Source: Ignavibacteriota bacterium
Lineage (GTDB): Bacteria > Bacteroidota > Ignavibacteria > SZUA-365
Reading direction: 5' to 3'
DNA length: 64,000 nt
NCBI GenBank assembly: GCA_016218045.1
Contig: JACRFB010000010.1
Span: 8,101-72,100, forward strand
Shown in pieces: positions 38,206 to 47,366 of this stretch; the stretch's first letter is position 1, and the number at the start of each line of letters is the position of its first letter. A program made the translations under genes and the position numbers. The notes beneath the pieces are model-generated. The model did no database searches. It was not told the origin of the DNA and saw only the letters and a list, made by a program, of their open reading frames with translations.

Positions 38206-38391
38206 ACCACTCCGCCTTCTGCCGGTATATCGTGGGAGAATGAAGTCACGTAAAAAATCCGATGTGATGTCCGAATATCCTAGCACAAACATACTGGCGG
38301 TATGAAGTTTTGACGGAAGCGGCCGGCGCCCTAGTTTCCCATATTCATATTCGCGTGACGCTGCGCTTCACATCATTCATCGAGAACCGGA

Positions 38392-39006
38392 ATGACGGAC
38401 CGAGGGGGTCTGCTCGATTGTTTGCGACATAGTATCATTGTCTGTGTCGGACTTCTGGCGTCCGCTCAGGCGTTCGCCCAGGCACCCGTCACGTGGGATC
38501 CGAGCGGCGTGTGGTCCAACAACAACGGTTCCATTGCCCTGCTCATTGCGGGGGATGCTCTGTCATTTTCCTATCAGTCTGTCTTTGGTCAGGCCGCGCA
38601 CATCTGCGATGTGGCGGGGGTGGCCGGATTGGAACACGACGGCATCTATCACTTCGTGGAAGACGGAAGCACGATCGCAATCATCGTGACGGAAAAATCG
38701 GTGCGGCTACAGCCGGTGTCGGGTGTGCCGTCATTCTGCGGCGCGAACTGGTCCGGCGATGAATTCCCGTCAACAAGGCGGAAACGCCCTCAACGTGCCG
38801 TTGTCACGGCGACACGTTCACGATTTTTTGTGGTGATGTCTTCGCCGCCGATGCAGCGCAAAGGATATGTTGTCAGGGGTGATGAACTCGAGATTGTTCC
38901 TGTGCAACACAGTGAGGCGTCACAATACGTGCTCGCGCGCTTCCGGGGCAGGAACGGGTGGATCGCCGGGATGCTGCTGTCGCAAACGCTCGATCGTCAT
39001 AAATAA
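38392..39006 (+). CDS. Hypothetical secreted protein
   Basis: Signal-peptide-like N-terminus (…VCVGLLASAQAFAQ); no recognisable family. Confidence 0.4.
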   Translation: MTDRGGLLDCLRHSIIVCVGLLASAQAFAQAPVTWDPSGVWSNNNGSIALLIAGDALSFSYQSVFGQAAHICDVAGVAGLEHDGIYHFVEDGSTIAIIVTEKSVRLQPVSGVPSFCGANWSGDEFPSTRRKRPQRAVVTATRSRFFVVMSSPPMQRKGYVVRGDELEIVPVQHSEASQYVLARFRGRNGWIAGMLLSQTLDRHK

Positions 39007-39088
39007 CACCATGAGTACGCGCAACGGAGTTGCGCCATCACGATGCGCGTGCCCCACTATCACTCATTCCACCACCCGGAGAACCAGT

Positions 39089-39613
39089 ATGGGACGCCAT
39101 GTCGTATCGTACACCGTCGCAGCATTTCTCGTCCTCGGACTTCTGTCCTGCGGCAAAAGCAACGAGACCAAATCACAAGCGGGAAACGCCGGAGATGCAG
39201 CAGCCACGCAGGAAAAGCCGGCGGTTGCCGGCTCGGTGAAGGACGGTAAAATCTTCTCCATTCTTGTGCCCGAGGGATGGCAGTTTTCCGAATTTAATGA
39301 TGGAACCGTCCAGACCTACAATAATGCGGGAACCTTCATGGTGCAGGCAAAGAAGGCCGGAATGAACATGACCGACAAGGACGTCGAAACGAATCTCACG
39401 TCGATGATGACACAGTACAAAGGCACCGCCATAGAAAACGTCGACATGCTCGGACTCACTTTTCTGAAAACGACGTACGATGCCTCGGGATCACATCAGA
39501 CCCTGTATGGCGCGCTGAAAGACGGCATGCAGATCTCGATACAACTCATGGGACCGGGGCATGAAACGGATGCAACGATTCAGGGCGTGTTGGCATCCAT
39601 CCGACTGCGATAG
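39089..39613 (+). CDS. Hypothetical lipoprotein
   Basis: Lipobox LGLLSCG after a short n-region (MGRHVVSYTVAAFLV); the start is ATG 39089 within the longer track ORF. Confidence 0.5.
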   Translation: MGRHVVSYTVAAFLVLGLLSCGKSNETKSQAGNAGDAAATQEKPAVAGSVKDGKIFSILVPEGWQFSEFNDGTVQTYNNAGTFMVQAKKAGMNMTDKDVETNLTSMMTQYKGTAIENVDMLGLTFLKTTYDASGSHQTLYGALKDGMQISIQLMGPGHETDATIQGVLASIRLR

Positions 39614-39709
39614 GACCGCGGCCGCAGCACATCGAGCGGGCGGACAGCGGACCCCCATCCCCTGTTCTTTGCCGATGCACCGCTTCGAGCGCATGGAAGT
39701 GGAATAATC

Positions 39710-39740
39710 AAAGGGCCGTGTCATTGCGACACGGCCCTTT
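39710..39740. terminator. Candidate bidirectional intrinsic terminator between convergent genes
   Basis: aaa-gggccgtgtc-attgc-gacacggccc-ttt; the U-tract is weak on the plus side and TTTGATTATT on the minus side. Confidence 0.4.
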
Positions 39741-39762
39741 CTGTCACGTGACGCGCTGCGTC

Positions 39763-41907
39763 TCAGCGTCCAATCACAAGCGGCCGGGTAACCAGGTCGG
39801 TTCCGTCTGTGAGAATCACTGTATAGTGACCGGCGGGGAGATCCCCCGTGAGGAGGGTTGCCGAGGAAACGCCCCTGGACGTTGACTCTTCCGTGATATG
39901 GCGCAGCTCACGCCCGTGGACGTCGTGGAGGAAAATGTGGAGCCCTGTTCCGGACGTTGATGCATACGACAGTGTTACCAACGCACCCTGCGCAACAGGA
40001 TTTGGATACGGTGCACTGAGCGTCAAGCCGGCCGGTGGGGTAAAGCTCACAACTACCGGATTCGAGTATTCGAAGCCGCCTGTCCGGTCTATCTGTTTCA
40101 GTCGATATCGCAACGAGGTTCCGACGCGGTCGGCGTCTTTATCCACAAAGGTGTAGTCGCGTGGTGTATTCACCGTGCCTCCTCCGTCGGTGAACCCCAC
40201 TTTTTCCCACTCTCCGTCGGCACACTGCCGCTGAATCTCGAATCCGTGATTGTTCGACTCGGTGACCGTACGCCATGTCAGGCGCGCATCATGACCGATC
40301 GTGCGCGCGGCAAAGGCGACGAGTTCCACAGGCAGTGCGTTGTCGATGGTCAGCACGACCCCGTTGCTGTTGGCATCGTAGAGATAGGCGCCGGTATCGG
40401 CATAGGCGACTCTCGCAAAATTCGGCGCCTCATACAGGCCGGGCGGCGGCGGAGTAAATGTGGCGGGATCTTCGATCAGCGTCTGGAAACGCACGTAACG
40501 GATGGAGTGTTTCAGGAGCTGCCCGCCATTGGCGGATGTCGCGGCATTCCCGACGCCGACAACAACGCGGTCGTTGACGGCATCGAAGTACCCGGCATCT
40601 GCGTCGTTTGCATCGGTCAGTGTGCTCCAATTGATATTGTCCATCGACACTTGCATGGTACCGGCCATATAATCCTGCAGTGGTGGTATCGTGTCGATGA
40701 GCACGACATTCAGCGCATTCTCATCACCGATGTTTTCGATGTTGAAATGATACTGCACCGTGCGGTTTGCAACGGTGTTGGGTGGTATGCCCACCATTTT
40801 CGAAACGGAATATGTATTACTTCCCGACTCATAGAACCGCTTCTCGACGGTGACCGCGGGCGCCTTGCTCTCGGTTTCGAAACTCATGACTCCCGGGTAG
40901 TACAGGTCGCCGTCGGTGCGGAATCGTACGGTGGTGGATGTGATGTCGTTGCCGAGCACACCAGATGTTGATACGATGTCGATGTCGTATCCCAGTTGAT
41001 TTGTGAAATCGGGATTCTTGTCTGCAAAACGGGTCCCGAACATCGATATGCTGCTGTTGAAGAAATTGGTAGACGGGTTTTGCGCATCGCTGAGGTACAC
41101 TGTCGGTCCGAGCCGCAGCCGGTCATCGGTAAGCCCCGCATCACCCTCGAAGGCGATCGAACCGACGTTGGTTGTGACTGTGCCGGTCGATGGTGTTTTG
41201 AATCCGGTCAAGGTGATGGTCTCGGAGGAATTCGGATCGAGCACGCGATACCCGTCCCAGATCACAAGATTGCGCAACGGCTCGCTGCTGAAATCCTTGT
41301 ACACAACAACGAGCGACCAGCCGGCGCAAACTCCGTAGTCGTTGTACGGAGTCACAATGTTTGCCGCGTAATAGGTGCCGCTGCCGCCCGTACGCACAAT
41401 ATCCGTGACATCGTAGTACCCCTGATATGCGTACCAGCCGCGGTAATTGTAGTTGCTGATATCGTCCTGCTGCACCGCGGTGTAGGTGGTATACGCTCCC
41501 GCGTCCTTGCGCAATTTGATCTTGAAGCGGTTGCCGTACGCATTCGCCGACACGCCGCTCTGTGAGTATCCAGAGGCGGAGTATCCATGCCAGTACAGTC
41601 CGGCCCAGAGTATGCTGTCGGAGGGCACCGGCAGACTCAGATCGGCGGAACTCGAGTTGAAGGTGCTGCCGTCGGAATCGACGTCCACATGACGCATGTA
41701 ATACGAATCGTTGTTCGCACTGCCGCTGCTGTTGCCGCCGGTCGTACTCCCCGACGACGACGTGTAACCTCGCACATTCACGTTCCCGATCATCACGATC
41801 TTGCCCTTGACGTTAAAACCCACGCGTTTGGTGAACGTCCTTTGCGAAAAGGCGCTGCCGACGATCACACCAATAAAAATGAAGGTGACGAATGACTTGG
41901 AAAGCAT
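39763..41907 (-). CDS. Large secreted beta-rich protein with a T9SS C-terminal sorting domain, preceded by a conserved roughly 70-aa pre-CTD module
   Basis: Signal peptide MLSKSFVTFIFIGVIVGSAFSQ. C-terminus LSAPYPNPVAQGALVTLSY...LHIFLHDVHGRELRHI...GHYTVILTD is CTD-like. Pre-CTD module LPVELVAFAARTIGHDARLTWRTVTESNNHGFEIQRQ...YRLKQIDRTGG is shared with the 1-625 gene. Confidence 0.6.
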   Translation of the reverse strand: MLSKSFVTFIFIGVIVGSAFSQRTFTKRVGFNVKGKIVMIGNVNVRGYTSSSGSTTGGNSSGSANNDSYYMRHVDVDSDGSTFNSSSADLSLPVPSDSILWAGLYWHGYSASGYSQSGVSANAYGNRFKIKLRKDAGAYTTYTAVQQDDISNYNYRGWYAYQGYYDVTDIVRTGGSGTYYAANIVTPYNDYGVCAGWSLVVVYKDFSSEPLRNLVIWDGYRVLDPNSSETITLTGFKTPSTGTVTTNVGSIAFEGDAGLTDDRLRLGPTVYLSDAQNPSTNFFNSSISMFGTRFADKNPDFTNQLGYDIDIVSTSGVLGNDITSTTVRFRTDGDLYYPGVMSFETESKAPAVTVEKRFYESGSNTYSVSKMVGIPPNTVANRTVQYHFNIENIGDENALNVVLIDTIPPLQDYMAGTMQVSMDNINWSTLTDANDADAGYFDAVNDRVVVGVGNAATSANGGQLLKHSIRYVRFQTLIEDPATFTPPPPGLYEAPNFARVAYADTGAYLYDANSNGVVLTIDNALPVELVAFAARTIGHDARLTWRTVTESNNHGFEIQRQCADGEWEKVGFTDGGGTVNTPRDYTFVDKDADRVGTSLRYRLKQIDRTGGFEYSNPVVVSFTPPAGLTLSAPYPNPVAQGALVTLSYASTSGTGLHIFLHDVHGRELRHITEESTSRGVSSATLLTGDLPAGHYTVILTDGTDLVTRPLVIGR

Positions 41908-42142
41908 CCCGGCTCCTGAAATACAATGTGATGGAGTCTAATAGTATTTCAAGAATCGTACCGGATGCCAATTATCCTATTATCACAGTATATTGTCTGT
42001 TTTAGTCTATTATCGCAGGTTTTGCGGCATTCTGCGCAGTGCAAATTCTCAGCGTTCAAAAGTCATAATTCGGAGGGAGAAGTGTTCCAAACTGAAACAG
42101 CACGATGTGACGCTATTCAATCCGCGGGGCGACGTTTTATTC

Positions 42143-42182
42143 CAGACCAAAAGAAAAGGCCGCGATGAACATCATCGCGGCC
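42143..42182 (-). terminator. Rho-independent terminator downstream of ccmF
   Basis: Minus strand: ggccgcgatg-atgtt-catcgcggcc followed by TTTTCTTTTGG, 25 nt after the ccmF stop. Confidence 0.6.
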
Positions 42183-42206
42183 TGGGGAGAAAAGGTGGGA
42201 TTGCGG

Positions 42207-44879
42207 TCAGGTCTGCTGTTGTTCCTCGGGCACGACGTCTTCCTGTGCGGGTGCTACAGTCCGGGCGCTGCCAAGTGGCAGCCCGGGGCGGGACGGAGCC
42301 TCGAGACGTTTGGCATCCTTTGCACGTCGCGCGCGCGCGATTCCGAAGCCGACAATCATGACCACAATGCCGAGCCAGACAAGGGAGATAAAGGGCTTCA
42401 GCGATGCCTCGACGACGAGGGTTTCACGCAGGTCGTTCGGGTTGGGTGTGACCTTCGGATTGCGCATGCGCGCGTCGACGGTCGAGAGAGCCAGATCCTC
42501 GCGATTGGGCGTGAGCGCGTCTATCACGATCTCGAGATCTCCGGCGCTGACGCGCGCGGGGGTGTCCTGCACACCGTCTGGTCCCGTTGTGTGTGTCACC
42601 GTGAACTCCTGCGGCGGCTGCCCGTACTTCTCCACGCGGAAAACGCCGCCGATGGTAAAGGCCTGCGACGCCGCGCTGTTGTTCATGTCGAAGTCTACGA
42701 AGTGAATCGTGTACCCGCCGTACTCGATTGACATGCCTTTCGTAAACTGTGCCGCCTGCCAGCCGTCGGGATCCGGTGCAAAAAGCGCCTGCGGTTCCAG
42801 GTAAACATCCTTGAACCAGAACTTGGCGATGCCGGGATTACGCATGAGCTGCTTCTGTCCGCCGTACATCGAGTTGAACATGACTGTCTTCACCGTGTCG
42901 ATCACATCGCCGTCGGCATTGGTCATCGCCACTTTGAAGTAAAACCGCTCGCCGTTCCAGAACGGTTCGTATCCGGTGTAGGTGAGGTTGTATCCGAAGG
43001 CGGACTTCGACACACCCTGCGGCAATTCGATGGACTGCGTGCGGCTCATAAATCCGGATCCAATGACACCGAGCAGCGTGAAGGCCACGCCAAGATGTGC
43101 AACATAGGCGCCCGTAAATTTCGGATTGCCGCGCACGATGGTGTAGCCCACCTGCGCATTGACAACGACACTGAAGAACGCCGAGCAACCGAGCGCCAGC
43201 ATCCATACGTCGTTCACTCCGCCGGCCAGCCAGATCACCGCGGCGAACGCCAAAGCCAGGGCACCGGGCAGTATGGCCTTGCGCAGCACTTCGCCCTTGT
43301 TGTTCTGTATCCACTTCAGCAGCAGTGCCGACGCGGCCATGCCCACGATGAGAATTCCGAGCGGCACGCCCATCGCGTTGTAAAACGACGGATCAACCGT
43401 GTTGCCCAGCGTCGCGTCCGATCCTATGCCCGCAAGCATATCGTTGATGGAAGCGATGATCGACTGGGGAATGATGGGCAGCGAGGTGCCGAGCAGCACG
43501 ATGAGGGTGAAGATACCGAGTACTGCGGAACCGAGCCCGAGGAATGTTTCGCGTGACATCAAACGGAAACTCGTGTACTCCTTCTCGCTGTGCATGCGGC
43601 CGGTCATCGTGTAAATGATGAATGCCAGCTTCAGGACCAGTGCGACGGGCCAGAGCGGCGCGACGGCATTCAGGAGATGCGCCGTCCACAGCAGGGGAAA
43701 CACAAAAATGTCCACCACCGCGGGCACGTTCGCGATCACGTCCTCGAAGACGGGCACAATGTCGCCGCCGACGATGGCAAAGATGGGAATGCTGGGGCCG
43801 ATCGCGACGAGATACACGATCCCGAGCCGTTTCCAGCCGCTGAAACGCGTGGCCAATGCCTGCCCGAGTTTGGTGAAACGCAGGAAGATGAACGCCACGC
43901 CCGTGTCGGTGAACGCGAACATAAAAAGCACGAGCAGTGTAAACGCGAAGCGCCCCGGATCCACGAAAGAGTGCACGGATGCGTCGCCCAGAACGCCGCT
44001 GCGTGTCAGGAAGGTGGAGTACAGCACAGTGACGAAACTGAGTATGGCGAGGAGGAAGTTCGTCATGATGAGTCCCTTCGTCCGTTTCTGCGTCAGCATC
44101 GTGTGGACGAGCGCAACGGAAACAAGCCACGGGATCAACGAAGAATTTTCGACGGGATCCCAACCCCACCAGCCGCCCCAGCCGAGCGTCTCATACGCCC
44201 AGAATCCGCCTAGTGCAATGCCGAGACCCAGCACCATGGCGCCGCCGACCACCCAGGGCAGCGAACTCGTAATCCAGTCCTGATACTTCTTCTGCATCAG
44301 CGCACCCATCGCCAGTGCAAAGGGCGGAGCCATCGAGGCAAAACCGAGGAAAAGTATCGGCGGATGTATCTGCATCCAAAAATTCTGCAGGAGCGGATTG
44401 AGGCCCTTTCCGTCGGCGGGAATCTGCGATCCTTCCACAAGCGCGAAAGGATTCTTCACCACGATAAGCAGCATCAGAAATGCGAGCACCGCGGTGTAGG
44501 TCCCCATAACCTCCCGCTCGTTGTTGTGTTTCTGCGTGTAGGCCAGCAGCACGATACCGATGATCGAAACCATCAGCGTCCACAGCAGAAAGCTTCCTTC
44601 CTGGCCCGCGTAGAATGTGGACATCAACAGGCCGAGCGGCAGTTCGCGGGAGCTGTATGCCCAGACGTAGTGGTACTGGAACTGGTGTTTGACGATGAGC
44701 ACGAGCAGTGCCGCCGATGCCAGAAACACCGATGTCGTCGTGAGATGAAAACCGGCGCGTCCCAGATGAATCAGGGATTCACGGCGGAGCGAGGCAAAAT
44801 AAGCGAAGCATGCAACCGCCGTGGCGATGAATCCGCCCACGACGGCAACGCGCCCGATCATGCCGACTGCTTCGTACAT
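42207..44879 (-). CDS. ccmF: Cytochrome c-type biogenesis protein CcmF (heme lyase/heme handling, System I)
   Basis: Tryptophan-rich WWD motif LGWGGWWGWDPVENSSLIPW; polytopic; followed by a periplasmic domain and a final TM. Confidence 0.85.
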   Translation of the reverse strand: MYEAVGMIGRVAVVGGFIATAVACFAYFASLRRESLIHLGRAGFHLTTTSVFLASAALLVLIVKHQFQYHYVWAYSSRELPLGLLMSTFYAGQEGSFLLWTLMVSIIGIVLLAYTQKHNNEREVMGTYTAVLAFLMLLIVVKNPFALVEGSQIPADGKGLNPLLQNFWMQIHPPILFLGFASMAPPFALAMGALMQKKYQDWITSSLPWVVGGAMVLGLGIALGGFWAYETLGWGGWWGWDPVENSSLIPWLVSVALVHTMLTQKRTKGLIMTNFLLAILSFVTVLYSTFLTRSGVLGDASVHSFVDPGRFAFTLLVLFMFAFTDTGVAFIFLRFTKLGQALATRFSGWKRLGIVYLVAIGPSIPIFAIVGGDIVPVFEDVIANVPAVVDIFVFPLLWTAHLLNAVAPLWPVALVLKLAFIIYTMTGRMHSEKEYTSFRLMSRETFLGLGSAVLGIFTLIVLLGTSLPIIPQSIIASINDMLAGIGSDATLGNTVDPSFYNAMGVPLGILIVGMAASALLLKWIQNNKGEVLRKAILPGALALAFAAVIWLAGGVNDVWMLALGCSAFFSVVVNAQVGYTIVRGNPKFTGAYVAHLGVAFTLLGVIGSGFMSRTQSIELPQGVSKSAFGYNLTYTGYEPFWNGERFYFKVAMTNADGDVIDTVKTVMFNSMYGGQKQLMRNPGIAKFWFKDVYLEPQALFAPDPDGWQAAQFTKGMSIEYGGYTIHFVDFDMNNSAASQAFTIGGVFRVEKYGQPPQEFTVTHTTGPDGVQDTPARVSAGDLEIVIDALTPNREDLALSTVDARMRNPKVTPNPNDLRETLVVEASLKPFISLVWLGIVVMIVGFGIARARRAKDAKRLEAPSRPGLPLGSARTVAPAQEDVVPEEQQQT

Positions 44880-44917
44880 GTCGTGCTGTCCTTTCTACAA
44901 GTGCTGTGGATTGTATC

Positions 44918-45325
44918 CTACAGCGAGGTTCGCGGAATATTGTCAGGATGGGCGTCGGCGGGCTTGCCCTCATACTTCGAGGGACATTTTGTCAGGACTT
45001 CACTCGCGTGAAAGGCACCCTGCTCGTACCGGCCTTTTGCGACGATGCTCGTCGCGATATCGAAATTGTTCGGTTTCCCGCCGGTGAGCACCACCTTCGC
45101 GACACGGTTTTCCTCGTCGCGCATGTAGAATGTGAAGGTGTGCGCCTTGCTGTCGTAGCGCGCGTCCATCTCCTTCACCCACTTGCCGGTGACCTGCACC
45201 TTTTTGCCCGAATTCTCGGCCTTGCTGATGGTGGCGTACTCGATGGAGCTGTTCAGGAACGAGTATCCGCCGACAGCGAGAAAGATCAGCACGACCAGTC
45301 CGCCGATGATATACCGTTTTTTCAT
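44918..45325 (-). CDS. ccmE: Cytochrome c maturation heme chaperone CcmE, variant with CxxxY in place of HxxxY
   Basis: N-terminal membrane anchor, OB-fold region, and C-terminal flexible motif LTKCPSKYEG aligned to E. coli LAKHDENY. Confidence 0.8.
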   Translation of the reverse strand: MKKRYIIGGLVVLIFLAVGGYSFLNSSIEYATISKAENSGKKVQVTGKWVKEMDARYDSKAHTFTFYMRDEENRVAKVVLTGGKPNNFDIATSIVAKGRYEQGAFHASEVLTKCPSKYEGKPADAHPDNIPRTSL

Positions 45326-45343
45326 GGGTGTGTCCTCTCGTGA

Positions 45344-45466
45344 TTAATCTTCAAGCTTCTTCACGGCTCTGTCGATACGCCACACGTATCCGAAGAGACC
45401 TGCCCACACCATCAGAACGATAATGAGGACGACGTAGAGCGAGTTGTGTTCCAGAAATTCGTACAT
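45344..45466 (-). CDS. ccmD: 40-aa CcmD-like small membrane protein, below the ORF-track size cutoff
   Basis: Translated by hand: MYEFLEHNSLYVVLIIVLMVWAGLFGYVWRIDRAVKKLED*. One TM helix plus a basic C-tail, lying between ccmC and ccmE exactly where ccmD sits in System I operons. Confidence 0.45.
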   Translation of the reverse strand: MYEFLEHNSLYVVLIIVLMVWAGLFGYVWRIDRAVKKLED

Positions 45467-45535
45467 ATCCTGTCCGAGTATAGTGATTTATTGCAATCGA
45501 GAAAAGGTGATTCGGCGGTGATGTGTGTTTCCCGT

Positions 45536-46489
45536 TCAGGACTGTCCCGGCGTCCGTGCAAGTGAGATGCGGTACAGACTGAATCGGATGCGCATCAGCC
45601 ACCCGTACAGCACGAGATACCCGAGCAGTAGTCCGTACAGAACCACACGCATGGTGGCGTCCATACCCCCGGAACTGACGACGGGCCCCGAAGTTGTGTC
45701 GTCGGCGGAACCGGGATGGAGGCCCGGCATGATGCGGGGCATGATGAAAATGAAGAACGGCACGGTGACGGCGGCCAGGATGCTGTACACGGCGCTCAGA
45801 CTGGCGCGTTTTTCCTCGACCTCGATGGCGGAGCGCAGCGCGAAATAGGCGCCGTACACGAGCAGCAGCACAAAGATCGATGTCTCGCGGGGATCCCAGT
45901 TCCAGAATGATCCCCAGTTGAATTTTGCCCACACGGATCCGGTTGTGGTGGCGAGGATGCAGAACAGGAGCCCGAGTCCGGCCGAAATTGCCGACTTGGC
46001 GTCGTCATCCATCTGTTTCCTGCGCAGATACTTGATGCCGAACCACATGGACACGAGGAAGGCGATCACGGTGAGCCACGACATGGGCACATGGAAAAAG
46101 ATGATTTTGGCGCGTTCCTCCAGGCCCGGAATAAAGGGGAAGGTCAGACCCGGATCGGTCGCGAGAATGCGCGAGACGGCGACGCGATGCCGCGCCGCAT
46201 CGTAGCGCGCGAGCACGAGGTAGCCGGTCGCGGCATCCAGATCCGCGGGCCTGGCCGCAAAAGCGACCGGCGACTCGAGTCCGTGCCCATCGGTTGCCTT
46301 CAGAACAAAGGCACCGTCGGCATCGGGCTCGGCGGATTTTGCGCCGAGAGTAAGCTTCAGCGGGATTTCCTTTTCGGGGGACATCTGCGCGTACATCGCG
46401 AGGTCGCCGAACGTGCCGGCAACAGGCGTGATGATGCCGAAGACACTGAACACGGCAATCCAGATGAACAGGAGAATTTTCCACCACAT
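45536..46489 (-). CDS. ccmC: Heme exporter protein CcmC, with an extended first periplasmic loop
   Basis: WWD motif WGSFWNWDPRET, conserved His in IIFFHVPMSW. The start is taken at ATG 46489 (MWWKILLF); the track ORF extends further 5'. Confidence 0.8.
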   Translation of the reverse strand: MWWKILLFIWIAVFSVFGIITPVAGTFGDLAMYAQMSPEKEIPLKLTLGAKSAEPDADGAFVLKATDGHGLESPVAFAARPADLDAATGYLVLARYDAARHRVAVSRILATDPGLTFPFIPGLEERAKIIFFHVPMSWLTVIAFLVSMWFGIKYLRRKQMDDDAKSAISAGLGLLFCILATTTGSVWAKFNWGSFWNWDPRETSIFVLLLVYGAYFALRSAIEVEEKRASLSAVYSILAAVTVPFFIFIMPRIMPGLHPGSADDTTSGPVVSSGGMDATMRVVLYGLLLGYLVLYGWLMRIRFSLYRISLARTPGQS

Positions 46490-46506
46490 ACGGGCTGTCC
46501 TTTCCT

Positions 46507-47202
46507 TTACTCTTTCCAGACAAAATCGAACAGAAGATACGACGCCGTGACCACCACGGCACAATACGACACAAGCAATTGCAGATCGGGCCAGGCCTCA
46601 TTCCATGTGTTCCCTTCTATTGCCGTTTTTGTGGCGGAGATTCCCGCCATGAGCAGGGGCAGAAGGATCGGGAATGAGAGAACGGGAAACAGCGTACCCT
46701 TGGTGTTCGCCTTCGCGATGATGGCGGCAATGATGGTTGTAGCGGCGGCTGTCGCGACACTGCCGAGGGCAATGACCGCGAGGAACAAACCCGGCTGATT
46801 GACACGGATCTCGGGCAGGAACACAAGGAAGAGCGCGACAATAAACGCGTTGAGCACAAGCGACAGTACCACGTTGAACAGCAGCTTTCCGAGATACACG
46901 GAACTCGGACTGCACAAAAGCTGCAGCGCCAGCGACGTGCCGCGCTCCTCTTCCGCGACGAAGGAGCGCGAGAGTCCGCTCATCGCCGCAAAAAACATGA
47001 CCACCCACAGGAGACCCGCGTGTACGGCCCGCCCCAGGGTCTCGCCGGCAAGTGCAAAAAGAATGACGGCAATCGCGACTACCACGAACATGAACAGCGC
47101 GTTGACGGCGTAGCGCGTGCGCAATTCCGAGCGCACGTCCTTCGCGAAGACGGCGGAAGCCCCGCGGCGCAGACTCACCGGGACACCCCGGCGGCAGACC
47201 AT
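46507..47202 (-). CDS. ccmB: Heme exporter membrane protein CcmB
   Basis: Six-TM protein; N-terminal region aligns with E. coli CcmB (…ELRTRYAVNALFMFVVVAIAVILF vs …LELRVAFRHSAEIANPLWFFLIVITLF). Confidence 0.75.
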   Translation of the reverse strand: MVCRRGVPVSLRRGASAVFAKDVRSELRTRYAVNALFMFVVVAIAVILFALAGETLGRAVHAGLLWVVMFFAAMSGLSRSFVAEEERGTSLALQLLCSPSSVYLGKLLFNVVLSLVLNAFIVALFLVFLPEIRVNQPGLFLAVIALGSVATAAATTIIAAIIAKANTKGTLFPVLSFPILLPLLMAGISATKTAIEGNTWNEAWPDLQLLVSYCAVVVTASYLLFDFVWKE

Positions 47203-47366
47203 TTCACGATATCAGATGTGCGCGTTTTCATCCTAATCGCGAAATATACAAAAATTCGGATGCCGCACGAAGCAAATAGCGCGACCCCGTCCCGCACCTG
47301 CGACCCTTGCCGGGTGCCTGCTCACCGCCTCTCGCGGTGTCGCAGACACGGACACGCGAACTGGAG

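Noticed and set aside
45351-45932. 193-aa minus-strand ORF overlapping ccmC
   Set aside because: Out of frame with the well-supported ccmC. The real small gene in this gap is the 40-aa ccmD-like ORF in another frame.
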